Of a stretch of 64,000 nucleotides of DNA, positions 18,598 through 29,023 are shown one piece after another (position 1 is the first letter of the stretch; the number at the start of each line of letters is the position of its first letter). The translations under genes and the position numbers were made by a program. The notes below the pieces were generated by a model. That model was not told the origin of the DNA. It did no database searches and saw only the letters and a list, made by a program, of their open reading frames with translations. The stretch is from Pseudomonadota bacterium (GTDB lineage Bacteria > Bdellovibrionota_B > Oligoflexia > Silvanigrellales > Silvanigrellaceae), in NCBI GenBank assembly GCA_039799905.1, contig JBDLRP010000024.1, forward strand, positions 15,064-79,063, written 5' to 3'.

Positions 18598-20028
18598 TTA
18601 GAGCGCATTCGCCTCGAGCCAAGGCGTGAACTGCCGCAAATCGACAAACAAACTGTCGCCGCTCATGCAATTAAAATTACTTGGTCCATAGGATGTGGCA
18701 CCCACAAGGTAGTAAAACCCGCCGCGTGCTACGTACGCAGGTCCGCCAGAGTCACCATTGCACGTCGATTGAGTCGCTCCCGAGATTGTTCGGAACAGTC
18801 GGCTAACGATGTTTTCTGTGTCAAACAGCGAGAATGACGATTTCAGGGTACCGCTTTGTCGTCTCTCGTCGCGGCCGTAACCGGCAATATAGACTTTTTC
18901 GTCTTTCTTGAGACTTTCGCTTGCCGGCAAGAGAGCGATAGGCCGATAGGGCTTTGGCAGTGTGCCGGAAAATTTCACGATGGCGATGTCGTTGTGCGGA
19001 TTCGGCGTGAAGCCGCGCCCGTTTTCCGGAAACTTTTGAGTGGGATCATATTGTTCGTGCATTTTCATCGAAACAACTTTCAAACGGTTCTCACCGGATC
19101 CTCCCATTCCGACATACAACGACGGAAGCTTGCTTGGTGTATCTCCTTCCACACAGTGCGCTGCAGTAACAAAATGATTTGGCGTAATAAGCGTACCAGT
19201 GCAAAACGGTCGGTCATCAATCATAAACGCGACCGTCGACAGAGCGAGCATGCTCGAGGAAACATCGATGGCGGATCCACCGGTGATTCCAAGGCCCGTA
19301 CTGATCTTATTGTAGAAAACTCCATCCAATGTGAAAGTGTTCGGCGTTACCTGCATGGTCAGGTTTAGAGGTTGCTCAATGAGCGGCATCGATACGCCGT
19401 CACAGATGCGTCCTGCGATGTCCAGAGGCTTGTTTGCCTGCCACGTCCTGATTCCACAAAAGCCGTTTGAGTTGTCTATACTGGCCTGTTCGAAGGTCAG
19501 CGGAGTCGCAGAGACGGCGGCAACCAAAGACTGGCTGTTGATTGTGCCGCCGGTCTGAGACACGCGCGATGAGAGTATGGCAACGGCCGTTTCAGCGAAT
19601 GGAGAAACACAATTTGTCGATGAGTAAATCCGATTTGCCCGAACGATCACGTCGCCGTCAACAACCAGAAATCTTTTGACCTGCCCTTCGCAGGCCGACT
19701 CATAAAAGCCGCGCGCCGCCATCAAAGTTGAAATCGCAGCACCGCTTCGTTCGTCCGGTCTGGCAAAGTTGCCGTTGTCGAAGGGCAGCGGCTGTCCGTT
19801 CAGGCGCGAGTTTTTATTCAAGGGGAAGGGATAGTTTTTTCCACCGTCCGGCAATTGCAGAATTCCGCCGTTGGCATTCGCTTTGATGTCCGTTCCTCTG
19901 TTTGGAGCTCCCCCGTTCAGCTGGCGGCGATCGCCCGCTCGAACGGTGGGTTGAGTGTTTGCACAGCCACTTTGAATACTCTGCAAGACAAGCATAAAGG
20001 CGAAAGTACTCAAAAATTTCGAAAACAT
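18598..20028 (-). CDS. secreted/lipoprotein trypsin-family (S1) serine protease with an extra N-terminal Cys-containing domain
   Basis: QSGC lipobox-like site, ITGG mature start, CTGTLI, TAAHC, HNDIA, TCNGDSGGP. Confidence 0.92.
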   Translation of the reverse strand: MFSKFLSTFAFMLVLQSIQSGCANTQPTVRAGDRRQLNGGAPNRGTDIKANANGGILQLPDGGKNYPFPLNKNSRLNGQPLPFDNGNFARPDERSGAAISTLMAARGFYESACEGQVKRFLVVDGDVIVRANRIYSSTNCVSPFAETAVAILSSRVSQTGGTINSQSLVAAVSATPLTFEQASIDNSNGFCGIRTWQANKPLDIAGRICDGVSMPLIEQPLNLTMQVTPNTFTLDGVFYNKISTGLGITGGSAIDVSSSMLALSTVAFMIDDRPFCTGTLITPNHFVTAAHCVEGDTPSKLPSLYVGMGGSGENRLKVVSMKMHEQYDPTQKFPENGRGFTPNPHNDIAIVKFSGTLPKPYRPIALLPASESLKKDEKVYIAGYGRDERRQSGTLKSSFSLFDTENIVSRLFRTISGATQSTCNGDSGGPAYVARGGFYYLVGATSYGPSNFNCMSGDSLFVDLRQFTPWLEANAL

Positions 20029-20055
20029 CCCTCTCCCCCAAGCTCGATTGGGGGT

Positions 20056-20083
20056 TTTTCGGCTATTTCCGAAAATTGCTTAA
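20056..20083 (-). promoter_or_regulatory. sigma28 (FliA)-like promoter for the protease
   Basis: Minus strand reads T-TAAG-N15-GCCGAAAA, versus the enterobacterial consensus TAAA-N15-GCCGATAA. Confidence 0.65.
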
Positions 20084-20135
20084 ATTGCTTTGAAATGCGT
20101 AATAAGGTGCGCAAGTTAATGGATAATAATAAATT

Positions 20136-21884
20136 TCAGCGCAGCGTCTGCTGCGGCGCCTCGTGCAGCTTCAACATAATAAAGTGGCGGGTCGCTTTTT
20201 CCCAGAGGGTCTTAGCCTCAGGGCGGCTCTGCCAGTTTGCTTGCATTTGCGCAAAGTTGCGTGGCCATCGGTGCCAGAGTTTAACCTCGGCACGGCTCTT
20301 GAAATCATCGCCGAGATTTTCGCCGTCGAGCCAGCGGCCGAAAGATTGAAAGTCATCATTTGAGGTAAAGACGAGGATGTCACCCTTGAGCGCGGCCTCA
20401 TGGAGCTGCTGCGGACTCACCGAAAAATCGGAAGGGCGGCCGAGCATATATGCCATATAGCCCCACTCGTTGTAGTTCTCGCGCTTGATGTTGTCATAAT
20501 TCAATTTCGCTGTGCCCGATTCATTGAGGAAGTTGTGCGCGTCCTGAAGTTCGGCTTCACCCAGCGTTGAGGTCAGAATCAGAGTTGCTGACCAAAACGA
20601 TAGAACTCCCATAAACAGCGCGCCGGCCTGCGGAATACGGTTGTGAAGTTTGACTTCGCGAAAGAAGGCGACCGCGCAAACAAACAGGAATAAAGTTACC
20701 ACCGTGTGCCAAGCGCTCCACCACGGGGTTGAGTTGTGAAAAGCGAAATGAGCCGTCAGCACCGCGATAATCATAACAAACGGCCAGGGAGTGAGGGCAC
20801 GGGCGATAGTCTTCAGCGGCGCATCCTGCTGGACTAGAGTTCCGCTGATGAGCAGCAGCGTCGCAGGAAGCATCGGCAAGCCATACCACGGCGCCAGATA
20901 ACCGAGCCCGAAGAAAAATAAAAAGGTCGGCAGGATGAAACACAGCGCCGCCTTCTGCAGATCATCCCACTGTAAAGTTTTGCTTTTGAATGAATTGTAG
21001 AAGTGCCTGAGCGCATAAATTGCAAGCAAGCTCCAAGGCAAAAAATGCAGAAAGAAATTGTTGAGCAGGAATCCGGAGGCCGGATCTTTGAAGCGCGGAC
21101 GATCGACCTGTTCTCTCATGATGTAGGTCGCCATCCACTGCTCGTGGTCGAGGAAGTAGGGAATCAGATAACCTGCGCCCGCTGTGAGTATTCCAAAGAC
21201 GAGAAACGACATGCGCGGAAGCGAGGAAAACAGCTGACGGAACAAAGCTCGGTGAAGAGAAAAATACGCCAGTACCGAAACACCCAGCAGGCAACTATGC
21301 AACGGTGATTTGAGTGTGCCGGCAAGTCCGACTGCAATCCAAAGTAACAAATAGAGGACGTTTGTATTTCTGTTGCGGGCCAAAACGGCCAGCGACATGA
21401 CGATGGCGTAAAGGCTTGTCAGTTCACTGTCCATTTGGCTTGAGAAACTGAACAGAACAAACGAGCCTGAACTGGCAAAGGCCCATGCGGGAAGGGCAAT
21501 CAATGGGTGGTCTTTGGGAAAAAGATGTTCACAGGCCGAGCGCAAAGCGACGACAGCCACAGCTGCCAGAATAAGGTTCATATAAACGGTGCTCAGCATA
21601 GAAAAGCCAAACGCGTGGTGACCAAGAATCAGCAGTATGTAGTGCAGCGGCCCTTTGATGTAGTTGACGTCACCAAACTGCAGCTGGCGGAACCAGTATC
21701 CTGATTGCAGCATTTCGAGAGCTTGTCCGACGTAGACTTTTTCGTCGCCGTGGATGCGGATATGCCTAAAAATCGAAAAGGGAAGCATTAGCAAAAGATA
21801 AAGAACACCATGCCGCCAGTGTCCGAGTGTGTCCTTGCCGGCATTCATCAAACGCGACGAGAAGTCGTTGATCCATCCATTCAT
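20136..21884 (-). CDS. ArnT/PMT-like GT-C membrane glycosyltransferase
   Basis: GDEKVYVGQALEMLQSGYW, KGPL, QMD, LAGTLKSP, FLPWS, many TM helices. Confidence 0.8.
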   Translation of the reverse strand: MNGWINDFSSRLMNAGKDTLGHWRHGVLYLLLMLPFSIFRHIRIHGDEKVYVGQALEMLQSGYWFRQLQFGDVNYIKGPLHYILLILGHHAFGFSMLSTVYMNLILAAVAVVALRSACEHLFPKDHPLIALPAWAFASSGSFVLFSFSSQMDSELTSLYAIVMSLAVLARNRNTNVLYLLLWIAVGLAGTLKSPLHSCLLGVSVLAYFSLHRALFRQLFSSLPRMSFLVFGILTAGAGYLIPYFLDHEQWMATYIMREQVDRPRFKDPASGFLLNNFFLHFLPWSLLAIYALRHFYNSFKSKTLQWDDLQKAALCFILPTFLFFFGLGYLAPWYGLPMLPATLLLISGTLVQQDAPLKTIARALTPWPFVMIIAVLTAHFAFHNSTPWWSAWHTVVTLFLFVCAVAFFREVKLHNRIPQAGALFMGVLSFWSATLILTSTLGEAELQDAHNFLNESGTAKLNYDNIKRENYNEWGYMAYMLGRPSDFSVSPQQLHEAALKGDILVFTSNDDFQSFGRWLDGENLGDDFKSRAEVKLWHRWPRNFAQMQANWQSRPEAKTLWEKATRHFIMLKLHEAPQQTLR

Positions 21885-21885
21885 G

Positions 21886-22794
21886 TCAAGTGAACTCCAC
21901 TTTCGAAAAACCTGTTGCCCTCAGCCAATCTGCCTGTTGGTAAAAGACACGCTCGAGTGACAGCGCATGCGCAGGTGCGCATTGCCCGACACGAGTTCTG
22001 TCCTTGTGCGTGAACGCGGCCGTCAGTGCGTCGGCCGATAATTTTTGCGTTGCTATTTCGACACCAGTGCCGACGAGGTTGCGGATCATGTTTTTGAGAA
22101 ATCCCTCTCCCCAAAAATCCAGAAAAACAGCCTCGGGGTAAAGTTGGTCTTGTCCGACCTCAACTTTATGAATGCGCCGGACGGTTGATTTTGCCGTGCA
22201 GTCGGATGCGCGGAAGGCCGAGAAATCAAACTCGCCAACGCACTGCTGCAGCGTTCTTCGCAGTGTCTCAATACTGAAATCACGGCTGCGGACTGCCCAC
22301 GCAGCGGGTGTCAGCTGGGCATGATGGCCGCGGCCGTACCAAAGCCTGTAACGGTAGTGTTTGCCAAGCGTGTCGAAGCGTGCGTTGAAATCTGGGCCTG
22401 CATCGAAGCACCTGTAAACAGATACATTCGCCTGCATGCCCGAGCGCAATATGCCATTGAGCGAGCGGGTGATATCTTCATTGCTGCGATTTGTTCGGCT
22501 AAACACATTCAAAAAAAACTGTTGTGCGTGGACACCGGCGTCGAGGCGTGAGCAGCCATAGAGTGTCGGTGTTTCCTGTGTGAGTGTCTGCCATGCCCTG
22601 CTGAGTGTGTCTTGCACGGTGTTTCCATGAGGCTGGCTCTGATAGCCCATGAAACCATCGCCGCGATAAGAGATTTCAAGACAAATGTTGCGCACTCCCT
22701 CGCGAGCGCGAAAGCGCACGCCGCGTGCAGCTTCGAATCGTTCAATCAAGGGACTTTCGTGCTCGGAGGCGTTCAAGTTTTTCTCAGAATTCAT
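21886..22794 (-). CDS. truA: tRNA pseudouridine(38-40) synthase
   Basis: [22 protein letters not shown] (catalytic D), [22 protein letters not shown]. Confidence 0.95.
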   Translation of the reverse strand: MNSEKNLNASEHESPLIERFEAARGVRFRAREGVRNICLEISYRGDGFMGYQSQPHGNTVQDTLSRAWQTLTQETPTLYGCSRLDAGVHAQQFFLNVFSRTNRSNEDITRSLNGILRSGMQANVSVYRCFDAGPDFNARFDTLGKHYRYRLWYGRGHHAQLTPAAWAVRSRDFSIETLRRTLQQCVGEFDFSAFRASDCTAKSTVRRIHKVEVGQDQLYPEAVFLDFWGEGFLKNMIRNLVGTGVEIATQKLSADALTAAFTHKDRTRVGQCAPAHALSLERVFYQQADWLRATGFSKVEFT

Positions 22795-24868
22795 TGCTCT
22801 GCAATTCTCCGGCAGCCGAACTCACCTGAAGGGCGACTTCTTTCAGAAGGTTGATTTGATCGCGCAGTGCCGCCGCTTCTTCGAACTCCAGCTGCTGCGA
22901 TGCCTTTTGCATCAGTTTGGTAAGACGTTTGACTTCTTTGTCGAGTTTCTTTGGGTTGGTCAAAATAGTCCTGTCGTCGATTCCGTCCAGAGCCCGTTCA
23001 ATTTTCATCTCCAGATCGGCTTCGTCAGGCGCGCTGTCGAGGTTGTAGATTTTGCGCAGCTGTTCCGGAATTTTCTTGATGATCGTTTGAGGAACGACGT
23101 TGTTTTCTTCGTTGTATTTCTGTTGCAGCTCGCGTCTGCGTGAGGTTTCGGCAAGGGTTGCCGCAATGCTGTCGGTGGTTTTGTCGGCATAGAGGATCAC
23201 GCGGCCCTGCGCATTTCGTGCCGCACGCCCGACCGTTTGAATTAGACTTGTACGTGAACGGAGAAAACCTTCCTTGTCGGCATCGAGAATTCCCACAAGT
23301 TGCACTTCCGGCAGGTCAAGACCTTCGCGCAGCAGGTTGATTCCGACCAAAACATCGAACAGGCCGATGCGCAGATCGCGCAGTATTTCAACGCGTTCAA
23401 TCGAATCAATGTCTGAATGCAGGTAGCGGATGCGGATGCCGATATCTTTGTAGTAGTTCGTCAGGTCTTCCGACATTTTTTTGGTCAGTGTTGTGACCAG
23501 AACACGGCCGCCCTTGGCAATCGTTTTTTGGATCTCGCCGAGCAGGTCGTCCACCTGATGTTCGGCGGGCTTGACCTCGACTATCGGATCGAGCAGTCCG
23601 GTCGGACGGATCAGCTGTTGGACGCTTTGATAGTTGCAGCGCTCGAGTTCGAATTTCCCGGGAGTGGCCGAAACATAAATCGTTTGGCCCATGCGCGTCA
23701 TGAATTCATCAAAGTTGAGCGGCCGGTTGTCGAGTGCGGCCGGCAGGCGGAATCCATGTTCGACAAGAACCTCTTTGCGTGCGCGGTCGCCGCGGTACAT
23801 ACCGCCGATTTGTGGCATGGTGACGTGACTCTCATCAACTATCAGCAGGTAGTCGGACGGGAAATAATCGAGCAGGGTCGACGGTGGTTCACCTGGCTGG
23901 CGATTGTCCAAATAGCGGCTGTAATTTTCAACACCCTGACAGTAGCCCACTTCGCGCATCATTTCGAGATCATGCAAAACACGCTGTTCGAGGCGCTGAG
24001 CTTCAGCCAGATACCCGTTCATTTTGAACCACTCACAGCGGTCAATGAGGTCAAGCGAAATGCGTTCAATGATTCCCTCGAGCTGCTCGCGATCGGTCAC
24101 GTGGTGTGAGGCAGGGTAGATGGCACAGCGTTTGACCCGCTCGATGATCGTTCCACGCAGGGCATCGATGAGTTGAAGTTTTTCTATCTTCTTTCCGAAA
24201 AATGAAATGCGCAGTGCCTTTTCGCGCTCGTGGCTCGGAATGATTTCAACGACATCACCGCGCACGCGGAATTTGCCGCGTTCTAAACTAATGTCGTTAC
24301 GGGTGTATTGAATTTCAACAAGCCGGGCGAGCAGTTCGTCGCGTCCGATGCGATCGCCTTCTTCGACCATCACCATCGCCTTGAGATAAGCCTCCGGATC
24401 ACCAAGGCCATAAATGCAGCTGACACTCGAGACGATAATCACATCATCGCGCTCCAGTAGACTGCGCGTGGCGGCGTGGCGCATTTTGTCGATGTCTTCG
24501 TTGATGGTAGCTACTTTGTCGATGAATGTGTCGGTGCTCGGGACGTAGGCCTCGGGCTGATAATAATCGTAATAGCTGATGAAATACTCGACGGCGTTGT
24601 TGGGAAAGAGCGCCTTGAATTCCTGAAACAACTGCGCGGCAAGGGTCTTGTTTGGTGCCAATATCAATGCCGGACGCTGTGTCTCATAAATCACGTTGGC
24701 AATGGTGAAGGTCTTGCCCGAACCAGTGACACCCAAGAGAATTTGTTCGCTGACGCCGGCTTCCACACCTTCGACGAGGCTTTCAATCGCCTGCGGCTGA
24801 TCGCCCATGGGCTCGAGCTCCCATGTCTTTTCAAAGCGGTCCGGACGTTCGGATGAGTCAGATTGCAT
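22784..24868 (-). CDS. uvrB: excinuclease ABC subunit B
   Basis: [46 protein letters not shown]-terminal UVR domain. Confidence 0.98.
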   Translation of the reverse strand: MQSDSSERPDRFEKTWELEPMGDQPQAIESLVEGVEAGVSEQILLGVTGSGKTFTIANVIYETQRPALILAPNKTLAAQLFQEFKALFPNNAVEYFISYYDYYQPEAYVPSTDTFIDKVATINEDIDKMRHAATRSLLERDDVIIVSSVSCIYGLGDPEAYLKAMVMVEEGDRIGRDELLARLVEIQYTRNDISLERGKFRVRGDVVEIIPSHEREKALRISFFGKKIEKLQLIDALRGTIIERVKRCAIYPASHHVTDREQLEGIIERISLDLIDRCEWFKMNGYLAEAQRLEQRVLHDLEMMREVGYCQGVENYSRYLDNRQPGEPPSTLLDYFPSDYLLIVDESHVTMPQIGGMYRGDRARKEVLVEHGFRLPAALDNRPLNFDEFMTRMGQTIYVSATPGKFELERCNYQSVQQLIRPTGLLDPIVEVKPAEHQVDDLLGEIQKTIAKGGRVLVTTLTKKMSEDLTNYYKDIGIRIRYLHSDIDSIERVEILRDLRIGLFDVLVGINLLREGLDLPEVQLVGILDADKEGFLRSRTSLIQTVGRAARNAQGRVILYADKTTDSIAATLAETSRRRELQQKYNEENNVVPQTIIKKIPEQLRKIYNLDSAPDEADLEMKIERALDGIDDRTILTNPKKLDKEVKRLTKLMQKASQQLEFEEAAALRDQINLLKEVALQVSSAAGELQSNEF

Positions 24869-24951
24869 CGGTTGAACTCTGCCTGTGTGTGTGCCACATT
24901 AACGCCTTCAGGCGTAGCATAAGACCTACCTCGGACAAAGGATTTTCAGGC

Positions 24952-26358
24952 ATGGCCACCAGCAGACAATCGCTGACTTCAATCGCTGACATCCACGCGG
25001 AGCGCGTGGCATTGGGCAAGGTGACAATCGCAGGTTGGGTGAGAACCCGCCGCGCATCGAAAAAGTTCTCATTTCTCGAGATCAATGACGGTTCATCCGG
25101 CCGTTCGATTCAGGTCATTGTGGATGCTAGCTTGCCTAATTATGAGGCTGATTTAAGCCGACTGACAACCGGCGCTTCAGTCCGCATTGAAGGGCAGTTG
25201 GTTGCAAGCCCGGGGCAGGGGCAGAAATTCGAGATTCAAGCCATCGCCGTCCACGTTTATGGTTTCGCCGATCCTGAAAAATACCCGCTGCAGAAAAAAG
25301 ACATGACTTATGAGTATCTGCGCGATGTGGCTTACATGCGCGGCAGAACTGCGACGTTTGCGGGCGTTTTCAGAATCCGCGCGCGTGTCAGCCAAGCCAT
25401 TCACCGTTTCTTCTCGGATCAGGGCTTTTACTACATTCATTCGCCATTGCTCACGACGTCCGATGCCGAGGGCGCAGGCGAGACATTTCAGGTCACGACT
25501 CTCCCGCTCGACAAACTTCCGCGCACGCCGTCGGGTGCCGTCGATTATTCACAAGACTTCTTCTGCTCACCCGCAATGCTGTGCGTGACTGGCCAGTTGG
25601 AGGCAGAAGCGCTCGCACTCGGCATGGGCAAAGTCTACACATTCGGGCCCACCTTCCGCGCAGAGAATTCAAACACCAGCCGGCATTTGTCGGAGTTCTG
25701 GATGATTGAGCCGGAAATGGCTTTTTATGAAATTGAAGACAATATGCAGCTGGCGCAGGATATGATTCGATACGTCGTTAAAGATGTACTCGACCACTGT
25801 TCCGACGATCTCGAGAACATCATTGCCCGCAATGGAGTCGAAACGCGCGAATACCTCAAAATGGCGCTCGAGCGGCCTTTTGTGCGCGTGACCTACACTG
25901 AGGCTGTGGAAATTCTCAAATCATGCGGACGTTCGTTTGAATATCCGGTGGAGTGGGGCGAAGATCTCAAGAGTGAGCATGAGCGTTACCTTTGTGAGGA
26001 ACACTTCAAGGCTCCAACTATCGTGTACAACTATCCTTCAGTCCTGAAGGCGTTTTACATGTACCAAAACGACGACGGTAAAACGGTTCGTGCCATGGAC
26101 CTGCTGATGCCGGGCATTGGCGAGGTGATTGGCGGCAGCCAGCGCGAAGACCGTGAAGACGTTCTGATCGAAAAGATCAAGTCCAAAGGGCTCTCGCCTG
26201 AACATCTCGAATGGTACATCGATCTGCGCCGGTTCGGCGGTGTTCCGCACAGTGGTTTTGGACTCGGATTGGAGCGGTTGCTCGTGTGGATTACAGGCAT
26301 GGGCAACGTGCGTGACGTGATTCCGTTCCCGCGCGTGCCCGGAACCTGCAAGTTCTAA
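24952..26358 (+). CDS. asnS: asparagine--tRNA ligase
   Basis: GWVRTRR, NDGS, DAEGAGE, FGPTFRAENSNTSRHLSEFWMIEPE, GEVIGGSQRE, PHSGFGLGLER. Confidence 0.97.
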   Translation: MATSRQSLTSIADIHAERVALGKVTIAGWVRTRRASKKFSFLEINDGSSGRSIQVIVDASLPNYEADLSRLTTGASVRIEGQLVASPGQGQKFEIQAIAVHVYGFADPEKYPLQKKDMTYEYLRDVAYMRGRTATFAGVFRIRARVSQAIHRFFSDQGFYYIHSPLLTTSDAEGAGETFQVTTLPLDKLPRTPSGAVDYSQDFFCSPAMLCVTGQLEAEALALGMGKVYTFGPTFRAENSNTSRHLSEFWMIEPEMAFYEIEDNMQLAQDMIRYVVKDVLDHCSDDLENIIARNGVETREYLKMALERPFVRVTYTEAVEILKSCGRSFEYPVEWGEDLKSEHERYLCEEHFKAPTIVYNYPSVLKAFYMYQNDDGKTVRAMDLLMPGIGEVIGGSQREDREDVLIEKIKSKGLSPEHLEWYIDLRRFGGVPHSGFGLGLERLLVWITGMGNVRDVIPFPRVPGTCKF

Positions 26359-26370
26359 ACGGCGCCTTAT

Positions 26371-27807
26371 TTATTCGCTTGTCAGTTCGACATCAAGACC
26401 GGCACGCAGGCCATATGTGCTGCCGAGATCAACTTCACCGGCGACCCAGCCTTTGGTTTTTCCGCTCACCTCGATCCACGGTTGCCAGCCCTGAGCTGCA
26501 TTGTGAATGAGCTTTGCTGCGACAAGCCCGCCGAAATCCGATTTCGTTGCATTAAAATCGAGGTCCTTGGGTTGCATCCACAGCATCACGCGCGCTCCCA
26601 ATCCGAACGGTGTGTCAGACAGCGGAAGCGGACGGTGTTCCATTTCAATTTGCGGCAGGCTGCGTTCTTTGTTGATGTTCTGCTGCCACGCAAAAAATAA
26701 TCCTTGAGTGCCAAAGGGGGTCTGTTTTTCAATGGTTTTCATAAAAAGGTTGAGCTTCAGGGCATAGCCGAAGGGGGCAAAGTAATGTGCGAGAGATGCA
26801 TTTAACCCAAGCCTTCGTCCTGTCGCAGGGCTCGTCATCGAAAATGAATCGAAGCCGAACAGTTCGGGATCGAAGAAGTTAAGATAGTGCAGGACATTCT
26901 GCTTTTTGAGATAGTCTTTTTCTTCTTTGCTGAGATCGGCAAACGCCGTGTAGCGCTTGATGCCGACACCGGAGGGATGTTGTCCGCGTTCCTCATATTT
27001 TTCGTTCGGACGGAAAAGGTCTCGAACCCAGCCTGAGTAATCCGGACCGACGAAATCACGTGCACGGATGTTGTTGCCCTCGCGTTTTTCAATTTCCACA
27101 ATAGTTTTGTCGAGGTCGCCATCAACAATGGATTGTATGTAGCCGCTCGAGCCGAGCTGGATGAGCCACATCAACGGCAGGTTGTTGCTGGATTTTAGAT
27201 TTCTGTAAAAGTGATCTTTCTTGAGTGACTGAATGAATTCTCGCTCACTCTCATTGCCGGCAATCGAAAGGCGCAGCTGGTCTTTGGGGTAAAGGCTTTT
27301 GAGCCGGATGTGATCCTCATCGGACTGGCCATTGACAGAGTACACTTCGCCGAATGGTTTGAAGTCGTTAATCGTGTTGTGACTCGGAACGCCTCTGTGG
27401 GTCATGACCGCACGATGCCATTCCTCATGAGTCCAGGCGGTCGAGAGGGGAAGTGTAGAAAGGGAATAGTCTGTTGCTAACAGAAGGCTGAACCTCAGCC
27501 AGCGTTTGAGTCGGGTGTCCTCGTCGGGAAGGATGTGTTCAAGGCCGTAATGAACTGCGCTGTACCAGCTTCGCGAGAGGTCCAACGACTCGGCCATGCT
27601 CGGGCTTTTGTATCCATGGCGGAAGTTATACGGAGCGTCCAAAAGCGTAAAATGCAGCACTGTGCGCGGGGCGGATTGTTTTTCTGTTCCTTCAGACACC
27701 GGTGCCGGCGCAGCCGCGGGAGTCGTCTCGGATGCGGCACTGCCAAGTGAGATTGAACAAACTGAGAACGCTGTGCCCATGAGCAGCAGATTTTTTTTAA
27801 ATTTCAT
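26371..27807 (-). CDS. hypothetical secreted protein with an HExxH motif and a beta-rich C-terminal half
   Basis: ATG 27807 after GGAG; signal peptide; WTHEEWHRAV...IAGNESE; C-terminal amphipathic strands. Confidence 0.75.
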   Translation of the reverse strand: MKFKKNLLLMGTAFSVCSISLGSAASETTPAAAPAPVSEGTEKQSAPRTVLHFTLLDAPYNFRHGYKSPSMAESLDLSRSWYSAVHYGLEHILPDEDTRLKRWLRFSLLLATDYSLSTLPLSTAWTHEEWHRAVMTHRGVPSHNTINDFKPFGEVYSVNGQSDEDHIRLKSLYPKDQLRLSIAGNESEREFIQSLKKDHFYRNLKSSNNLPLMWLIQLGSSGYIQSIVDGDLDKTIVEIEKREGNNIRARDFVGPDYSGWVRDLFRPNEKYEERGQHPSGVGIKRYTAFADLSKEEKDYLKKQNVLHYLNFFDPELFGFDSFSMTSPATGRRLGLNASLAHYFAPFGYALKLNLFMKTIEKQTPFGTQGLFFAWQQNINKERSLPQIEMEHRPLPLSDTPFGLGARVMLWMQPKDLDFNATKSDFGGLVAAKLIHNAAQGWQPWIEVSGKTKGWVAGEVDLGSTYGLRAGLDVELTSE

Positions 27808-27871
27808 TTTTGCTCCGCGGATGCTTGTTGCTGTGAATGCATAAAATATTTGCGCATGATGCATCATATCT

Positions 27872-29023
27872 TCACTTGATATAGCGCAGCATTCCCGCAG
27901 CCGGACTCGACTTACGCATGCGCAGCAGTTGAGCCATTGTTGATGGAGAAATTCCCTCTTCAACCTTGAATTGGCAGGCCGCCAATTCACGCGGTGGCTT
28001 TTTGAAAAGCCGGTTCACGCGCAATCCGTCGCCAGTGACATGAACCGACACTTCGTTGAGTTGTGCAAATGTGAGTTTGGCACATTCCGTTGGTTCAATG
28101 TGCGGCCGACTGTCGTCGCCCGCCAATTGCTTTCGCAACAATGCCTGCAGAACGTCGGCTTCTTTGCGTTGCCTGAGAAGATTCAAGAGTGCCTGAGGAT
28201 TCTGAGTGAAGTCTTGAATCGACAGCGTGCGTCCGCTGCGTAAATCGAACGTGTTGAGCTGCTCGCTGCCTCCCTGCGGATTGCAGGTGTCGCCCAGACG
28301 GTATCGGACTGTGACGTATCCGCCGCGCAAGTACTCAACCAAAGATGTTTCCGAGACGGTTTCGCAAGGTTCCTTGCTGCCCATCGACTTGGTGATGCGT
28401 GTTTCAAAAGGGCGGCCCTCTGCCGTCCAGTCGCCCAGAAGCTTGACCACGAGTGGCTCGGCATTTGCCGGAACGCCGTCCATGCCAAGGAAGAGAGTTT
28501 CGCAGATCATTTCCGTGTTGACGGCGTTGGGTTCCAAACAGGCGCCGTTGTCATAACACATGTCGATGGACTTGCTGCGCGACTCGCGGTGTGAAAGCAG
28601 CGCCTTTTCGAGTGACTCCATGCGCTGAAATAAGAACGCACGCGGCGATGAACAACGGATTGAGTCGGGTTTATTGGGTAGTGCGGTCAACCATGAATCC
28701 GCATAGAGTTCCCAGCGTTTTTGGTGTGCCTGAAGGGCCGGTCTGCTGCCTGCAGGCAGGACCTTGTTCAGTGCGCGCTCGGCCGTGGCAATGCGCTGCA
28801 GAAATCGAGCTGCGGTAGGATCTTCGCAAGCAATACGCTTGAGGGCATGAGCGGAGTACTGTCGGCAATTGGCAGCCGCGCCGGCGTCGGCACTCTGATT
28901 TGCAGAGGCTGTTTGTGATGTTGTCAGAGCGTGCCCGGAAATAAATGCAAGCAGCAATGTGCAGGACTTCAAGTTGACAACCTCCCGTAAGTGCCTTGGC
29001 GCGGTGGGACGATTGTAATTCAT
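27872..29023 (-). CDS. secreted protein with an LprI/DUF1311-like N-domain and a DUF3298/RsiV-like C-domain
   Basis: NCRQ...KRIACEDP...ALQAHQKRW...C...RMESL; YVTVRY...GG...NTFDLRSGRTLSIQDF. Start overlaps the cyclase stop by 4 nt. Confidence 0.65.
   Translation of the reverse strand: MNYNRPTAPRHLREVVNLKSCTLLLAFISGHALTTSQTASANQSADAGAAANCRQYSAHALKRIACEDPTAARFLQRIATAERALNKVLPAGSRPALQAHQKRWELYADSWLTALPNKPDSIRCSSPRAFLFQRMESLEKALLSHRESRSKSIDMCYDNGACLEPNAVNTEMICETLFLGMDGVPANAEPLVVKLLGDWTAEGRPFETRITKSMGSKEPCETVSETSLVEYLRGGYVTVRYRLGDTCNPQGGSEQLNTFDLRSGRTLSIQDFTQNPQALLNLLRQRKEADVLQALLRKQLAGDDSRPHIEPTECAKLTFAQLNEVSVHVTGDGLRVNRLFKKPPRELAACQFKVEEGISPSTMAQLLRMRKSSPAAGMLRYIK

Noticed and set aside
24902..24915. 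ACGCCT-TC-AGGCGT palindrome between uvrB and asnS as an SOS box
   Set aside because: It is short, matches no LexA box I know, and I saw no copy upstream of ruvC.
27791..27798. A8 run just after the start codon as a phase-variation or frameshift site
   Set aside because: The frame is intact and Lys-rich signal-peptide starts commonly produce A-runs; no other support.
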